Shown here: in pieces, positions 32,135-43,404 of the stretch
Layout: each line of letters begins with the position of its first letter
Position numbering within the stretch: the first letter of the stretch is position 1
DNA from: an uncultured Chloroflexia bacterium
GTDB lineage: Bacteria; Chloroflexota; Limnocylindria; Limnocylindrales; CSP1-4
Assembly (NCBI GenBank): GCA_963766735.1
Contig: CAVYBU010000006.1
Span: 32,001-96,000, forward strand
Direction of reading: 5' to 3'
DNA: 64,000 nt
The notes under the pieces: model-generated
Databases searched by the model: none
The model's input: the letters and a program-made list of their open reading frames with translations, nothing else
What the model was told of the DNA's origin: nothing
Translations under genes and position numbers: made by a program

Positions 32135-33958
32135 TCAGGCCCGACGCGCGGACGAGCGCAGCTCGCGCACGTTGTCCCGCAGGATCAGGATGCCGATCGC
32201 GAGGAGAAGGATCGCGATCCCCTCGAGCAGGTAGGTCTCGATCAGGATGAGGGCGGCGATGACCGCCAGCAGCACCGTCACGTCCAGCAACAGGATCAGG
32301 AAGCGACGTCTGACCAGTGCCTCGATCGCCACGTAGCCGGCGAGGATCACCGGGAGCGCGACCCACCACCACTCCACGCCGGCGATGAGCAGTGCTCCCA
32401 GCAGGACGATGGCTGTCGCGATGCCGACGGCGGACCAGATGTCGAGGACGCGGCTCCTCTGGCTGAGGCTGGGATCCTGCGGATGGGCGACGAAGCGGAG
32501 ATGGGCGCGAGGATCGCCGGGCTCCCCGCGTTCTACCCGTTGCAGCTCCGCGTCGATGTCCGCGGTGATGACCCGCAGATCCTCCGCTCGTCGGCGGAGC
32601 CCGGAGAGCTCCTCCACGGTCGTCGCGAGCTCCGCCTGCGCTCCCTCCACGACCGGCTCGGACCGACCGGCGCGCCGGGACGCCTCGACGCGGATGCCAA
32701 GCCGCTGGGCGCGCGCCTCGGTCTCCGAGATCCGCCCGACAACATCGACAAGCTCTGACCGCAGCACCGCTGCCTGGTCCGCAAGGACGTCGGCTTCCCT
32801 GCTGGGCGGCGGGACCGACTGCAGGCCGGCGAATCCGACCGGATCGATCCAGGACTGGCGCGGCCGCCCGTCCCTGTTGAACTTCGGTCCGGCCGGCGCC
32901 CTCTCTCCGGCAAACCGGTCCTTGGTGTCGAGGCCGAACAGCCCGTCGAACCCGCTGACCCAGGGGGTCGCGTCGTCGATGAGGACAGGCGTCCACAGAG
33001 CCTCCTGGCCGGGCCCGATGGCCGGACCGTCGCCCCGCGCATAGTCCACGAACGGAACGGCGGCGAAGTCCTCCTCCGCGCCCGCGCGAGTGCGCGCACC
33101 CTGGCGAAGCGTGCCGCTCCAGAACTCGCGTGCCCATCGAGCGAGAGAGCGCATCACCCCCGGAAGACGCAGTGGGACTGACTGCAGGTACTCGCCGGGC
33201 TCGATGTACGCCGCATGGGACCCCGCCCCGGCGAAGATGACCGCATGGTCGCCCTCGCGCTGCAGCAGGGGATCGTCCCATCGACGGCGCAGGTCGGCCC
33301 CGACCTCGTCGTGCGCGGCGCGGGCGAACCAGACCGGGGTGGCGACGTCATCGTCCGGCGTGTCCAGGAAGACGAAGCACTGCTCCCAATCGGCTTCGTG
33401 GTCGTTGGCCCCGGCAAATGAGGATCGCCAGTCGTTCATGGCGTAGAAGAAGAGGTAGTGGCAGACCGTCCAGCCCGCCTGGCGGATGACCCGCCCGTAG
33501 TAGCAGAACGAGGGATCGTCCGCCCTCATGCGCGCGTACTTCCCCTCCGCCGCCGCAACCGTTCCCCCTGGAACGGTGCCTCGGACCAGCAGCGAGAGGT
33601 CGAAGCCGGCGTCGATCAGCCGGGCCAGGATGCCGACACGGGCAAGCCGGCTGGGTGCAGAGAACCGCTCCCGACGGGCACGATCGCCCCGCGTGAGGTC
33701 GATGCCGGAGAGCGGCTCCTGGACGAACCGCAGGAAGAGCGCCTCGTCCGGGACCCTCGCCTGCCACAGCGGCAGGGTCTCGACCCGGAGCTCTCCGCGG
33801 GGCACGAGCATCCTGCGCTCGCCGTTCGGGGACCCTGCCCACAGGTCGCACTCCGCGATGTACGGGTCGACCTCCATGGGGAAGAAGTACTCGCCCTTCG
33901 TGTAGCGAACGATCGGCTCGAAGCGCCGCAGCAGGTCGAGATCGCTGGGACCCGTCAC
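32135..33958 (-). CDS. Hypothetical protein: Vps62/NPP1-like domain, coiled coil and C-terminal 4 TM
   Basis: LLRRFEPI, E.FFP, YLFFYAMND...NDHEADWE and AGSHAAY motifs; heptad-rich segment; hydrophobic C-terminus. Confidence 0.75.
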   Translation of the reverse strand: MTGPSDLDLLRRFEPIVRYTKGEYFFPMEVDPYIAECDLWAGSPNGERRMLVPRGELRVETLPLWQARVPDEALFLRFVQEPLSGIDLTRGDRARRERFSAPSRLARVGILARLIDAGFDLSLLVRGTVPGGTVAAAEGKYARMRADDPSFCYYGRVIRQAGWTVCHYLFFYAMNDWRSSFAGANDHEADWEQCFVFLDTPDDDVATPVWFARAAHDEVGADLRRRWDDPLLQREGDHAVIFAGAGSHAAYIEPGEYLQSVPLRLPGVMRSLARWAREFWSGTLRQGARTRAGAEEDFAAVPFVDYARGDGPAIGPGQEALWTPVLIDDATPWVSGFDGLFGLDTKDRFAGERAPAGPKFNRDGRPRQSWIDPVGFAGLQSVPPPSREADVLADQAAVLRSELVDVVGRISETEARAQRLGIRVEASRRAGRSEPVVEGAQAELATTVEELSGLRRRAEDLRVITADIDAELQRVERGEPGDPRAHLRFVAHPQDPSLSQRSRVLDIWSAVGIATAIVLLGALLIAGVEWWWVALPVILAGYVAIEALVRRRFLILLLDVTVLLAVIAALILIETYLLEGIAILLLAIGILILRDNVRELRSSARRA

Positions 33959-34455
33959 CCTCGCTCATCCTCCAGATCGGTGACGCGGCCGCCTGCGAGG
34001 CCGAACGCCTCCCGAACCTGCCCCTGGTTCAGGTAGAGCACGGTGACCACGCTCAGCAGCATCGAGATGGCGAGGACCTCGCCACTCGTCCACCAGGTGA
34101 CGATCTGGGAGGCGAGGGAGAAGCCGGCCATCAGCATCGCGAGGGTCCATCCAAGCTGGCGAAGCTGGAGGAGCGCAATCCCGGCAAGGAGCTGCACTCC
34201 GGCAAGGACACCGAACAGCAGGGCGGCGCCGGCCGCGACCGCGGCGGCACCGGGGCCCCCGCTCGCGGCCGCCAGATCGCTGACCGAGGGAAGTGCCGCC
34301 TCCGGGTCGAGCAGAGCCACGGCACCGAGGGCTCCGAAGAGGATCGCGAGGAAGATCTGGATCGCCGCCAGGATCGTCACCGGCATCGGGCGGTGCCGGT
34401 GCGGAGGCGCCGCGGGAGCAGCGTCACGCGGGATCTGATCCGGGGAGGCGACCAT
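33955..34455 (-). CDS. Small 4-TM membrane protein (RPxGIT-like family)
   Basis: RPMPVTILA...GWTLAM...YLN...VREAF; GTGA-coupled to the downstream gene. Confidence 0.75.
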   Translation of the reverse strand: MVASPDQIPRDAAPAAPPHRHRPMPVTILAAIQIFLAILFGALGAVALLDPEAALPSVSDLAAASGGPGAAAVAAGAALLFGVLAGVQLLAGIALLQLRQLGWTLAMLMAGFSLASQIVTWWTSGEVLAISMLLSVVTVLYLNQGQVREAFGLAGGRVTDLEDERG

Positions 34456-34533
34456 GGACTACATTCTGTCAGGCCGTCGTGATCCTTGAAGACGCTCGTC
34501 GCCTCGGCACGAGCGAACCTCGTCCGGGGCCGC

Positions 34534-34578
34534 TTGACGGAGCGTGACCTGGAGCGCTAGTGTGAGTGAGCGCTCACT
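34534..34578 (+). promoter_or_regulatory. Promoter and TetR-type operator
   Basis: TTGACG-18 bp-TAGTGT, followed by the perfect palindrome AGTGAGCGCTCACT (34565-34578). The operon ends in tetR. Confidence 0.7.
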
Positions 34579-34602
34579 TTCTACAGGACACAGAGGAACC
34601 GC

Positions 34603-35549
<947 letters not shown>

Positions 35550-35550
<1 letters not shown>

Positions 35551-36347
35551 TGATTGCCGCGGTCCGAAGCGAGCTGACCCGACTGGGCCAGCCCAGGCTC
35601 CTGATCACCTGGTTCGGCCTCATGGCCCTGTTCGCCGCGATGGTCAACACGATCATGGTCACGTTCGTGTCCGGCGGCGGCAGCCTGCCGCCCGGGGCCC
35701 CCGGCGTGGCGTTCCCTTCCCTGGCCGAGATGGAGAGCCCGTCCGGCCTCATGGCAGGCCTGGCCGCTGCATCGAACATGTTCGGGATCGTCACGCTGTC
35801 CTTCTGGGCCGTGGCCACCGCGGCCGATTACAGCAGCGGCCTGGTCCGCCTCCTCGTCGCGGCCGAGCCACGGCGCTGGCGCCTGCTGGCGGGGAAGGTG
35901 GGCGCGCTGCTCATCGTGACCGCGGCCGCCACGACCGTCGCAGCCATCGTCAATGTCTTCGTCGTCATGCCGATGGCCGTCCCGGCGGGCATCTCCACGG
36001 CCGCCTGGGGAACGGACCTGGTCGAGGTCATCGCCGGCGCCTGGCTGAACCTCTATCTCAGCCTCTGCGTCTGGGGCGTCCTCGGGCTCGTCATCGCGGT
36101 CCTCGCCCGCTCTGCGGCCGTGGCGATCTCGATCGGCGTCGGGTACGTGCTCGTCGTCGAGTCGCTGATCAAGATGGTGGGCGATGCTCCATCCGACTGG
36201 CTGCTGGGCACCACCCTGGGCGCCGTCGCCAGCGGCGGCACGGACGCCGTCACGTACGGGACGGCACTCGGCCTCGCGTTCGCCTATGTCGCGCTCGGTC
36301 TGATCGTGGCGGGCGTCGTGTTCGTCCGCCGGGACGTCACGGACTGA
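35550..36347 (+). CDS. ABC-2 type permease
   Basis: 6 TM, R..LLAGK and C-terminal FVRRDV; TGATG overlap. Confidence 0.88.
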
Positions 36348-36357
36348 GGGGGCTGGG

Positions 36358-36957
36358 ATGACCGATCGAGGCCGGGCGACCCGGGCGCGGCTGATCGAGG
36401 CCACGCTGAATGTCGTCCGGGACGTGGGCTATCCCCACGCCTCGACGCGGGCGATCGCGCAGGCGGCCGGCGTGGCCGAGGGGACGATCTACCGCCACTT
36501 CCCGGACAAGACGGCGCTGTTCTTCGCGGCCGTCATGGAGTCGAACGCTCCGATCATCGAAGCGTTGGAGGCACTGCCGGAGCGGGCGGGGCAGGCCACG
36601 GTCGAGGGCAACCTCATCGATGTCGCGGTCCAGCTGGCCGGCCTCCAGGACCAGATCATGCCTCTCGAGCTGGCGATCGCGGTGGACCCGGAGCTGGCGA
36701 TGCAGCGCCGGCGGGCCCTCGCCGCAGCCGGAGGCCCGTTGCCGGCTGGGCCGCCCCAGGCGATTGCGATCTACCTCGCCGCGGAGCAGCTGCTGGGACG
36801 CGTGAGCACGGAGGTGGACGCTCGCGAGGCCGCCGTCATCATCCTCGCGGCGCTGTTCGGGCTCGCGGCGGGCAGGGCTGCCGCGGGCGCGACCCTCGAG
36901 GACGCAGAGGTCACGTCCGCCGTTCGTCTCCTCGTCCGCGGGATCCAGCCGCGCTGA
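36358..36957 (+). CDS. TetR/AcrR-family regulator
   Basis: STRAIAQAAGVAEGTIYRHFPDK. Confidence 0.93.
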   Translation: MTDRGRATRARLIEATLNVVRDVGYPHASTRAIAQAAGVAEGTIYRHFPDKTALFFAAVMESNAPIIEALEALPERAGQATVEGNLIDVAVQLAGLQDQIMPLELAIAVDPELAMQRRRALAAAGGPLPAGPPQAIAIYLAAEQLLGRVSTEVDAREAAVIILAALFGLAAGRAAAGATLEDAEVTSAVRLLVRGIQPR

Positions 36958-36987
36958 GCGGACGATGAAGCGGCCTGAGCGGCAGGA

Positions 36988-37854
36988 TCAGTCGTCGGCC
37001 TGGCTGATCTCGTAGGACGCCAGCCGGCGGATGGCGATCACCACGGCCACGGCCACGGCCACGGCCGAGAGTGCGAGGGCGACCCGCGCATCCAGGAGGC
37101 TCGGGTCGACCGCCCCGGGATCGGCGATCGCCGCCGAGATCGCGAGCGTGTACTGGCGGATGCTGAGGGCCTGGATCCCCTCGAGAAGGCCGGCCAGGAT
37201 CCCCTCCCAGACGAGGACGTAGATCAGGCCGATCGCGAGCGCCCGGCCGGTGACGAGGCTGAGCGCGAAGAAGACGGTCGCGTAGACGGTCGCGCCGATG
37301 GCAGTCCCGACGGCGGCCCCCACCGCCCCGGCCAGCCCGGTATCGCCCGGCTGGAGGATTGCGGCCGCCACGAACGACGCCGGCGCGACGAGGGCGATCG
37401 ACAGCCCGACGGCCACGATCAGCTTGGCGACGACGATCCGCCAGCGGTCGATGGGCTTGACCAGGAGGAAGACCGCGGTCCCGTCCTCCAGCTCCGCGCC
37501 GAGGGCCGCGGTGCCGAAGACGAGCCCCACGATCGGCAGCAACGTGGTGACGATCAGCCGGTCCATGATCGCGGTCGCCACCTCCTCCTCGGACCCGGCC
37601 CGCCCCGACAGCCGGACGAGGATCGCGATGACCACCGGCAGGAGGGCCAGCAATGCCAGGAGCAGGCTGCGCCGCCGGCCCAGGAGGCTTCGCGCGGTCA
37701 GCGCGGCGATCGTGACGATGACGGAGCCGTGACCCGCGGCCGCGGTCGGGCCGGGGGCGGTGGGACCGGGCGCGGTGCTCGGACCGGGCGCGGTAGCCGG
37801 GGCCGGGGGCGGGGCGCCGGTGGGGCCGGCCGCGCTGCCGGTGGGGCCGCTCAC
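36988..37854 (-). CDS. ABC transporter permease
   Basis: ELEDGT...L.KP..RW.IV.AK and 6 TM. Confidence 0.88.
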   Translation of the reverse strand: MSGPTGSAAGPTGAPPPAPATAPGPSTAPGPTAPGPTAAAGHGSVIVTIAALTARSLLGRRRSLLLALLALLPVVIAILVRLSGRAGSEEEVATAIMDRLIVTTLLPIVGLVFGTAALGAELEDGTAVFLLVKPIDRWRIVVAKLIVAVGLSIALVAPASFVAAAILQPGDTGLAGAVGAAVGTAIGATVYATVFFALSLVTGRALAIGLIYVLVWEGILAGLLEGIQALSIRQYTLAISAAIADPGAVDPSLLDARVALALSAVAVAVAVVIAIRRLASYEISQADD

Positions 37855-38849
37855 CGCTGCACCAGGTAGCCGAAGACGCTCTCGAGGTCCTCGTCGGTCG
37901 GCCGCAGCTCGAGGATCGAGATGCCGGAGGCCCGGGCGAGCGCCGGGAGGGCCCGGGCGAGCCCCACGTAGTCCGAGGTCCGCACGGAGAGCCGGCCGGT
38001 ATCGAGCTGGACACCGAACACGGATGGGTGTCCCACCAGGGCCGCCGCCAGTCGCCGGTCGTCCGACGAGCGCATCGTGAAGGTGTGCGGCCGATCGGTC
38101 ATGAGCCGCCGGATCTCGCGGAAGTCGCCCGATGCCGCCAGCCGGCCGCTGACGATCACCAGCACGTTCTGGGCGAGCCGCTCAACCTCCTCGAGGATGT
38201 GCGAGCTGAACAGGATGACCCGGCCCTCGGCGGCCATCCGCCCGAGCAGCTCCATCATCTGGAGCCGCTGGCGCGGATCCATCCCGTTGAACGGCTCGTC
38301 GAGGAGCAGGATCGAGGGGTCGTGGACGAGGGCCCCGGCGATCTTGGCCCGCTGGCGCATCCCCTTGGAGTAGGTTCCGACCGGCCGGTCGGCGGCGTCC
38401 GTCAGACCGACCGTCTCGATCGCCCGACGGGCGGCCGCATCGGGATCGGCAAGGCGCTGGAGGCGTGCGTTGAGCTGGGCGAACTGGAACCCGGTCAGGA
38501 ACGAGTGGACGGACTCGCGCTCCGGGACCAGGCCGATGTCGCGATAGACGGCCGGGCTCCGCCAGCTGGAGGTGCCCCGGATCGCCACGACGCCGTCGGA
38601 GGGCCGGAGCAGCCCGGCGACCATGTGCAGGATCGTGGACTTGCCCGCCCCGTTCGGCCCGAGCAGCCCGGTCACGCCGGATCCCAGCACGAACGAGATG
38701 TCGTTGACGGCCACCACGTTGCCGTACCAGCGCGAGACGCCGAGGAGCTCCACGGCCGCGCCCGGGGTGAGCTCGCGCGGTCCGGGCCCGCGGCCGGCGG
38801 CGGCGTCGGCGACCGGACCCCAGAGCGGGGCGTCCTGGCGCGGGCTCAT
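37851..38849 (-). CDS. ABC transporter ATP-binding protein
   Basis: GPNGAGKST, YSKGMRQR and LDEPFNG. Confidence 0.92.
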   Translation of the reverse strand: MSPRQDAPLWGPVADAAAGRGPGPRELTPGAAVELLGVSRWYGNVVAVNDISFVLGSGVTGLLGPNGAGKSTILHMVAGLLRPSDGVVAIRGTSSWRSPAVYRDIGLVPERESVHSFLTGFQFAQLNARLQRLADPDAAARRAIETVGLTDAADRPVGTYSKGMRQRAKIAGALVHDPSILLLDEPFNGMDPRQRLQMMELLGRMAAEGRVILFSSHILEEVERLAQNVLVIVSGRLAASGDFREIRRLMTDRPHTFTMRSSDDRRLAAALVGHPSVFGVQLDTGRLSVRTSDYVGLARALPALARASGISILELRPTDEDLESVFGYLVQR

Positions 38850-39769
38850 GCGGCGATCGTCCGGTAGCGCTGGACGAGGATCACGCTCGACCCGAGCGCG
38901 ATGACGAGCGCGGCGACCAGGCCCAGCCAGAGGGGCAGGTCCGTGAGTGGCCAGGCTCCGGACGCCGGCTGGATGCCGAAGAACCAGGCGTTCGCGGCCT
39001 CGAGCACCGTCCCGATGTCGAACAGGACGATGTACTGGGAGGCCGATCCAAGTTCGAGCGCGAGGATCACCGCGACGATGATCGCCGGCACGAGGAAGAC
39101 GCCGAAGATCGTCACCGTCGCGTATGCCCGGCGGGCGATGAAGGCCGAGATCACGAGCGCCACGCCGGCCGTCGCCACGGCCATCACGACCGTGGAACCG
39201 AGGATCGCCGGCCACCATCCGGCCTCGCGGCCGAGCGCGCCGAGCACGTCGGACGTGAGCAGCACCGCCCCGATCGTGAGGATGACGTGGGGCACGAGCA
39301 GGATGATCAGGACCGCCGCCGTCAGGGCCGCCAGCTTGGCCAGCGCGTAGTCGGCCCGGAGGAGGGCTCTCGAGAAGTAGAGGCTGAGGACGCGGTAGCG
39401 GACGTCGCGTCCGAGCAGCTCCGGCGCCTGGACCGCGACGAGAAGCGTTGCGAACGCGCCCACCGCACTGGCCATGTCGGGATGGTCCGGGATCACGCCG
39501 AGGTCGCTGACGCCGAAGCGCGTGGCGAAGGCGTTCATCGCCACGATGATCACGGCGATGAGGGCCGGGAACGCGAGGCAGAACGCCGGCAGGATCTTCG
39601 CCCGGCCGGACCGGCCGAGCCCGAACGTGGCTCGAAGGCCCCCGACGAAGAGCGTGGCGAACGCATGGCGACGGCCCAGCCTCGGTCCGTCATAGCCCCG
39701 GTAGCCGATGTCGTAGATGCTGCCGCTGGGCCCGGGACCGACGGTCACCCGGTCGCCGCCCGCCGTCAC
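38846..39769 (-). CDS. ABC transporter permease
   Basis: IYDIGYRGYDGPRLGR and LYFSR...DYALAK; multiple TM segments. Confidence 0.88.
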   Translation of the reverse strand: MTAGGDRVTVGPGPSGSIYDIGYRGYDGPRLGRRHAFATLFVGGLRATFGLGRSGRAKILPAFCLAFPALIAVIIVAMNAFATRFGVSDLGVIPDHPDMASAVGAFATLLVAVQAPELLGRDVRYRVLSLYFSRALLRADYALAKLAALTAAVLIILLVPHVILTIGAVLLTSDVLGALGREAGWWPAILGSTVVMAVATAGVALVISAFIARRAYATVTIFGVFLVPAIIVAVILALELGSASQYIVLFDIGTVLEAANAWFFGIQPASGAWPLTDLPLWLGLVAALVIALGSSVILVQRYRTIAA

Positions 39770-40776
39770 GACGGATCCCCGGTTGGCGGGCCTGCGATGG
39801 TCGCGCTGGCGCCTTCGATGGCCGAGGTCGGCGCCGCGGCCACCTCGTCGCGGAAGAGATCCTCCAGGGAGTGTCTGCCCCGTTCCAGCCGGACGAGCGG
39901 CAGGCCCAGGTCGGCAACCGTGTCGCGCACGACGTCAAACGGCGCTCCGCCATCGAGCGCGATCCGGACGGTCCGGTCCACCCCGCCGGATCCGGGGAGG
40001 ATCCGCAGGCCGCGGCCGGCGAGGCCCGCCGCGAGCGCGTCGCGACCCTCCTCCACCTCCACGGTCAGGATCCCGGTCTCCGCCGTGAATTCGGCCATCG
40101 GCGCCGACCGGAGGAGCCGCCCGCCGTCGATCGCAACGAGGTGATCGCAGACCGCCTCGATCTCGCCCAGGAGGTGGCTGGCCAGCACGATCGCGATCCC
40201 GAATTCGGTCCCCGTCCGCCGGATGAGGCCGAGCATCTCGTCGCGGCCGGCCGGATCCAGCCCGTTGGTCGGCTCGTCGAGGAGGAGGAGGCGGGGGTCG
40301 TGGACGATGGCCTGGGCCAGCTGGACCCGCTGGCGCATCCCGGTGGAGTAGCCGCCGATCGGCCGGTAGCGCTCCTCGGCCAGCCCGACGTGCCGGAGGA
40401 CGTCCGCGGTCCTCTCCCGGGCGGCCTTCGCCGGCAGGCCCGACAGCTGGCCGGCCTGGGCCACGAACTCGGTGGCGCTGATGTCCGGCGGCAGGGCGGG
40501 GTGCTCGGGCATGTAGCCGACGTACCGCCGGAGCTGGGTGCCCTGCCTCCAGGGAACGTAGCCCATGACCTCCGCCTGCCCGCTCGTCGGGGCGAGCAGG
40601 CCCAGCAGGATCTTGAGGAGCGTGCTCTTGCCGGCCCCGTTGGCCCCGACCAGGCCCACGATCCCGGGCGCGACGTCGAGGGTGAGCGCGTCGAGGGCGA
40701 CGACCGCGTCGAACCGCTTGGTCAGCGCATCGACGCGGATCAGCGGCGCCGCAGTCTGGGCAATGGGCTCCTGCAT
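39766..40776 (-). CDS. ABC transporter ATP-binding protein
   Basis: GANGAGKST, YSTGMRQR and LDEPTNGLDP. Confidence 0.92.
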   Translation of the reverse strand: MQEPIAQTAAPLIRVDALTKRFDAVVALDALTLDVAPGIVGLVGANGAGKSTLLKILLGLLAPTSGQAEVMGYVPWRQGTQLRRYVGYMPEHPALPPDISATEFVAQAGQLSGLPAKAARERTADVLRHVGLAEERYRPIGGYSTGMRQRVQLAQAIVHDPRLLLLDEPTNGLDPAGRDEMLGLIRRTGTEFGIAIVLASHLLGEIEAVCDHLVAIDGGRLLRSAPMAEFTAETGILTVEVEEGRDALAAGLAGRGLRILPGSGGVDRTVRIALDGGAPFDVVRDTVADLGLPLVRLERGRHSLEDLFRDEVAAAPTSAIEGASATIAGPPTGDPS

Positions 40777-40946
40777 CGACCCGAACGATAGCCGGGCACG
40801 CCAGCCAGGGTGAGGGCCATTGGGACCACGCTCCCCATCCGCGACGCCACCGCCCGGTGGATCCGGATGTCTGGTGCGGGATGCTCGCGCCCACCGGCGC
40901 CGTCGATCTTGCTTACATCATCTGCGCCCGGTGATATCATCGCGTC

Positions 40947-41198
40947 ATGGAGCGGACACAGATCTCGCTGGAGTCGGAGCAGGCGGACCGCCTGCGGCGC
41001 CTGGCGCAGGACCGGGGCGTGTCGATGGCGCACCTGGTACGCGAGGCGGTGGACCAGGCCTACGCGACCGTGCTCGCCCCCCCGTCGCGGGCGGACCTCT
41101 GGGACCGGGCGCTGGAGGTGGTGGGGTCCGGGCGCGGCGACGGTGCGAACGTGTCGGAAGACCATGACCGGTACCTGGACGAGACGTACGGCTCGTGA
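40947..41198 (+). CDS. RHH/CopG antitoxin (VapB-like)
   Basis: MERTQISL...LRRLA...GVSMA.LVREAV and C-terminal SEDHDRYL; GTGA overlap with the PIN gene. Confidence 0.85.
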   Translation: MERTQISLESEQADRLRRLAQDRGVSMAHLVREAVDQAYATVLAPPSRADLWDRALEVVGSGRGDGANVSEDHDRYLDETYGS

Positions 41199-41596
41199 TC
41201 TTCATCGACACCGCCGCCCTCTACGCGCTCATGGACGCCCAGGACCCGAACCACGGGGCGGCGCGGCTGGCGATGGAACGCCTGCGGGTGGCCGAGGCCA
41301 GCCTGCTGACGCACGAGTACGTCCTGGTCGAGACGACCGCGCTGATCCAGCGTCGCCTGGGGATCGACGCGGTGCGCCGGTTCATCGACGGCCTGCTCCC
41401 GCTCGTCGAGGTCGCGTGGGTGGATAGGCACCTTCATGCCGAGGCGCGTGAAGCGCTACTGGCTGCCGGACGCCGGGGCGTTTCGCTCGTGGACTGGACG
41501 AGCTTCCTCGTGATGCGGCGGCATGGCGTCCACCAGGCATTCACCTTCGATGCCGACTTTGCCGCCCAGGGCTTCGATCTGCTGCCGGCGCCCTGA
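41195..41596 (+). CDS. vapC: PIN-domain VapC toxin
   Basis: IFIDT, VLVET, SLVDWTSF and FTFDADF. Confidence 0.9.
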   Translation: MIFIDTAALYALMDAQDPNHGAARLAMERLRVAEASLLTHEYVLVETTALIQRRLGIDAVRRFIDGLLPLVEVAWVDRHLHAEAREALLAAGRRGVSLVDWTSFLVMRRHGVHQAFTFDADFAAQGFDLLPAP

Positions 41597-41617
41597 CCGC
41601 AACGCAGCCGCCGCCGT

Positions 41618-43225
41618 TCAGGCAGCCGCCGCCTCGTCCGGCTCCTCCTGTTCGACCGGTCTGCCACTGGGCAGGTCCCTGGTGAATGCCAGGGAGGCGA
41701 GCGCGATGAGCGCCGCGGCCAGCAGGCCGACCTTGAGCGACCGGATCTGGGCCTGCTCGTAGTCGTCCACGATCGCCTGGGTCGTCGCCTCGTCGAGCCC
41801 GGCCCCCTGCAGGGCGGCCTCGACATCCGCGGAGGCGACGAAGTCGATCCCGGAGGCCGTCGCCTTCTCGATCTGCACGACGACCTCGGCCGGGATGCGG
41901 TCGTCCTGCTGGACGTTGGTCACGAACGCCCCGGTCAGGCCGACCAGCACCAGCGCCCCGATGAGGGCGACGCCGAGCGAGGACCCCAGCTGCTGGCCGG
42001 TGTACTGGAGACCTCCCGCCTCGCCCCGGCCGGACGAATCGACCGAGGACTGGACCACCAGGCCGAGCTGCGACGCGATGAGCCCCATCCCCACGCCGAG
42101 GATGCCCATCGCGGTGGCGAACGCGAGATCCGCCAGGTCCGGCTTGATTGTGGCCAGGAGGGCGAAGCAGGCGAGCGCAACCGTGGCCAGGCCGACCCTC
42201 GTGATCGTGCGGACGGGGTATCGGCCTGCCAGGCGCGAACCGGCTGCTGCCGCGAGGAACATGGCGACCGACGTCGGCAGCATCTTCACGCCCGTCTGGA
42301 AGGCATCGAGGCCGAGCACCAGCTGGAGATAGAGCGGGATGGTGAAGAAGATGCCCATCAGGATCAGGTTCTGCGAGAACAGCCCGATGAGCCCGGAGCG
42401 CAAGGGCGGGATCTTCACGAGGTCGAGGTGCACGAGCGGATCGGTGCCGGCCGCTTCCCGGTGCCGCTGCCACCACACGAACGTCCACAGGAGCACGGCC
42501 CCGCCGGCGATCACGAAGGGAGTCAGCGCGATGCCGAATGGCTCGACCGGCGAGTCCTTGGGCACGATCCAGCCCCACGTGCTCGACTGCAGGACTCCCA
42601 GGACGACGGCGCCCAGGCCGGCGGCGGACAGGAGCGTGCCGACGATGTCCAGCCGCGGCTTCGAACCCGTGCGCACGGCGTCTGCGACGAACTTCGTCAC
42701 GGCGAGGATGCCGATCACGATGACGACCTCTCCGACAAACACGATGCGCCAGGTCAGCTCGGTCGTGGCCCAGCCACCAAGGATGGGGCCGATCGCGATG
42801 CCGGCGCCCGCCACGCCGCCGATGATCGCGTAGGCGGCCTTGCGCTCCGTCCCCTCGAAGTTGCCGGCGATCAGCGCCGCCATCGCCGGCAGCACCAGGG
42901 CCGCGCCGATGCCCTCCAGGATCGACCAGCCCAGGGTGAGCTGGAGGACCGTCTGGGAGACCGCCGTCAGGCCCGACCCGCAGGCGTAGATGACGAGCCC
43001 GATCACGAATGCCCGGCGGCGCCCGATGATGTCGCCGATCTTGCCGCCGGTGAGCATGAACATCGCCATGACCAGGCAGTACAGCGTGATGACCGCCTGG
43101 ATCGTCGTGACCGTGGTATCGAACTCGGCGACCAGCGCGCTGATCGAGACGTTCATGACCGACTGATCGAGGACCATGATGAATTGCGCGCCGGCCAGCG
43201 CCAGCAGGGGCAATCGCCGGTTCAC
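41618..43225 (-). CDS. MFS transporter, DHA2 (14 TM) type
   Basis: AQFIMVLDQSVMNVSI, GKIGDIIGRRR and EGIGAALVLPA. Confidence 0.9.
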   Translation of the reverse strand: MNRRLPLLALAGAQFIMVLDQSVMNVSISALVAEFDTTVTTIQAVITLYCLVMAMFMLTGGKIGDIIGRRRAFVIGLVIYACGSGLTAVSQTVLQLTLGWSILEGIGAALVLPAMAALIAGNFEGTERKAAYAIIGGVAGAGIAIGPILGGWATTELTWRIVFVGEVVIVIGILAVTKFVADAVRTGSKPRLDIVGTLLSAAGLGAVVLGVLQSSTWGWIVPKDSPVEPFGIALTPFVIAGGAVLLWTFVWWQRHREAAGTDPLVHLDLVKIPPLRSGLIGLFSQNLILMGIFFTIPLYLQLVLGLDAFQTGVKMLPTSVAMFLAAAAGSRLAGRYPVRTITRVGLATVALACFALLATIKPDLADLAFATAMGILGVGMGLIASQLGLVVQSSVDSSGRGEAGGLQYTGQQLGSSLGVALIGALVLVGLTGAFVTNVQQDDRIPAEVVVQIEKATASGIDFVASADVEAALQGAGLDEATTQAIVDDYEQAQIRSLKVGLLAAALIALASLAFTRDLPSGRPVEQEEPDEAAAA

Positions 43226-43324
43226 CAGGTCAATCCTCCAGCCATCGCATCCGTCGTTTCGCAACACGGATCTTCGCACGCGGCGAGAGTCGAGAGTGGC
43301 GCGACCAGCACGACCAGAACACGG

Positions 43325-43357
43325 TCGAGCCCGGGCGGACGATCCACCCGGGCTCGA
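43325..43357 (-). repeat. 33-nt hairpin, copy 1 (copy 2 at 59694-59726)
   Basis: TCGAGCCCGGGCGGACGATCCACCCGGGCTCGA; 31/33 identical to copy 2. Confidence 0.85.
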
Positions 43358-43404
43358 GGTTCGTGATCGTGTGGGGCCTCCGGATCAGCCGGAGGCCGAG
43401 GGAG

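Noticed and set aside
34565-34578. Match to the symmetric lac operator core GTGAGCGCTCAC (LacI site or vector contamination)
   Set aside because: The AATT flanks are missing and there is no vector context; the operon's own TetR explains the palindrome better.
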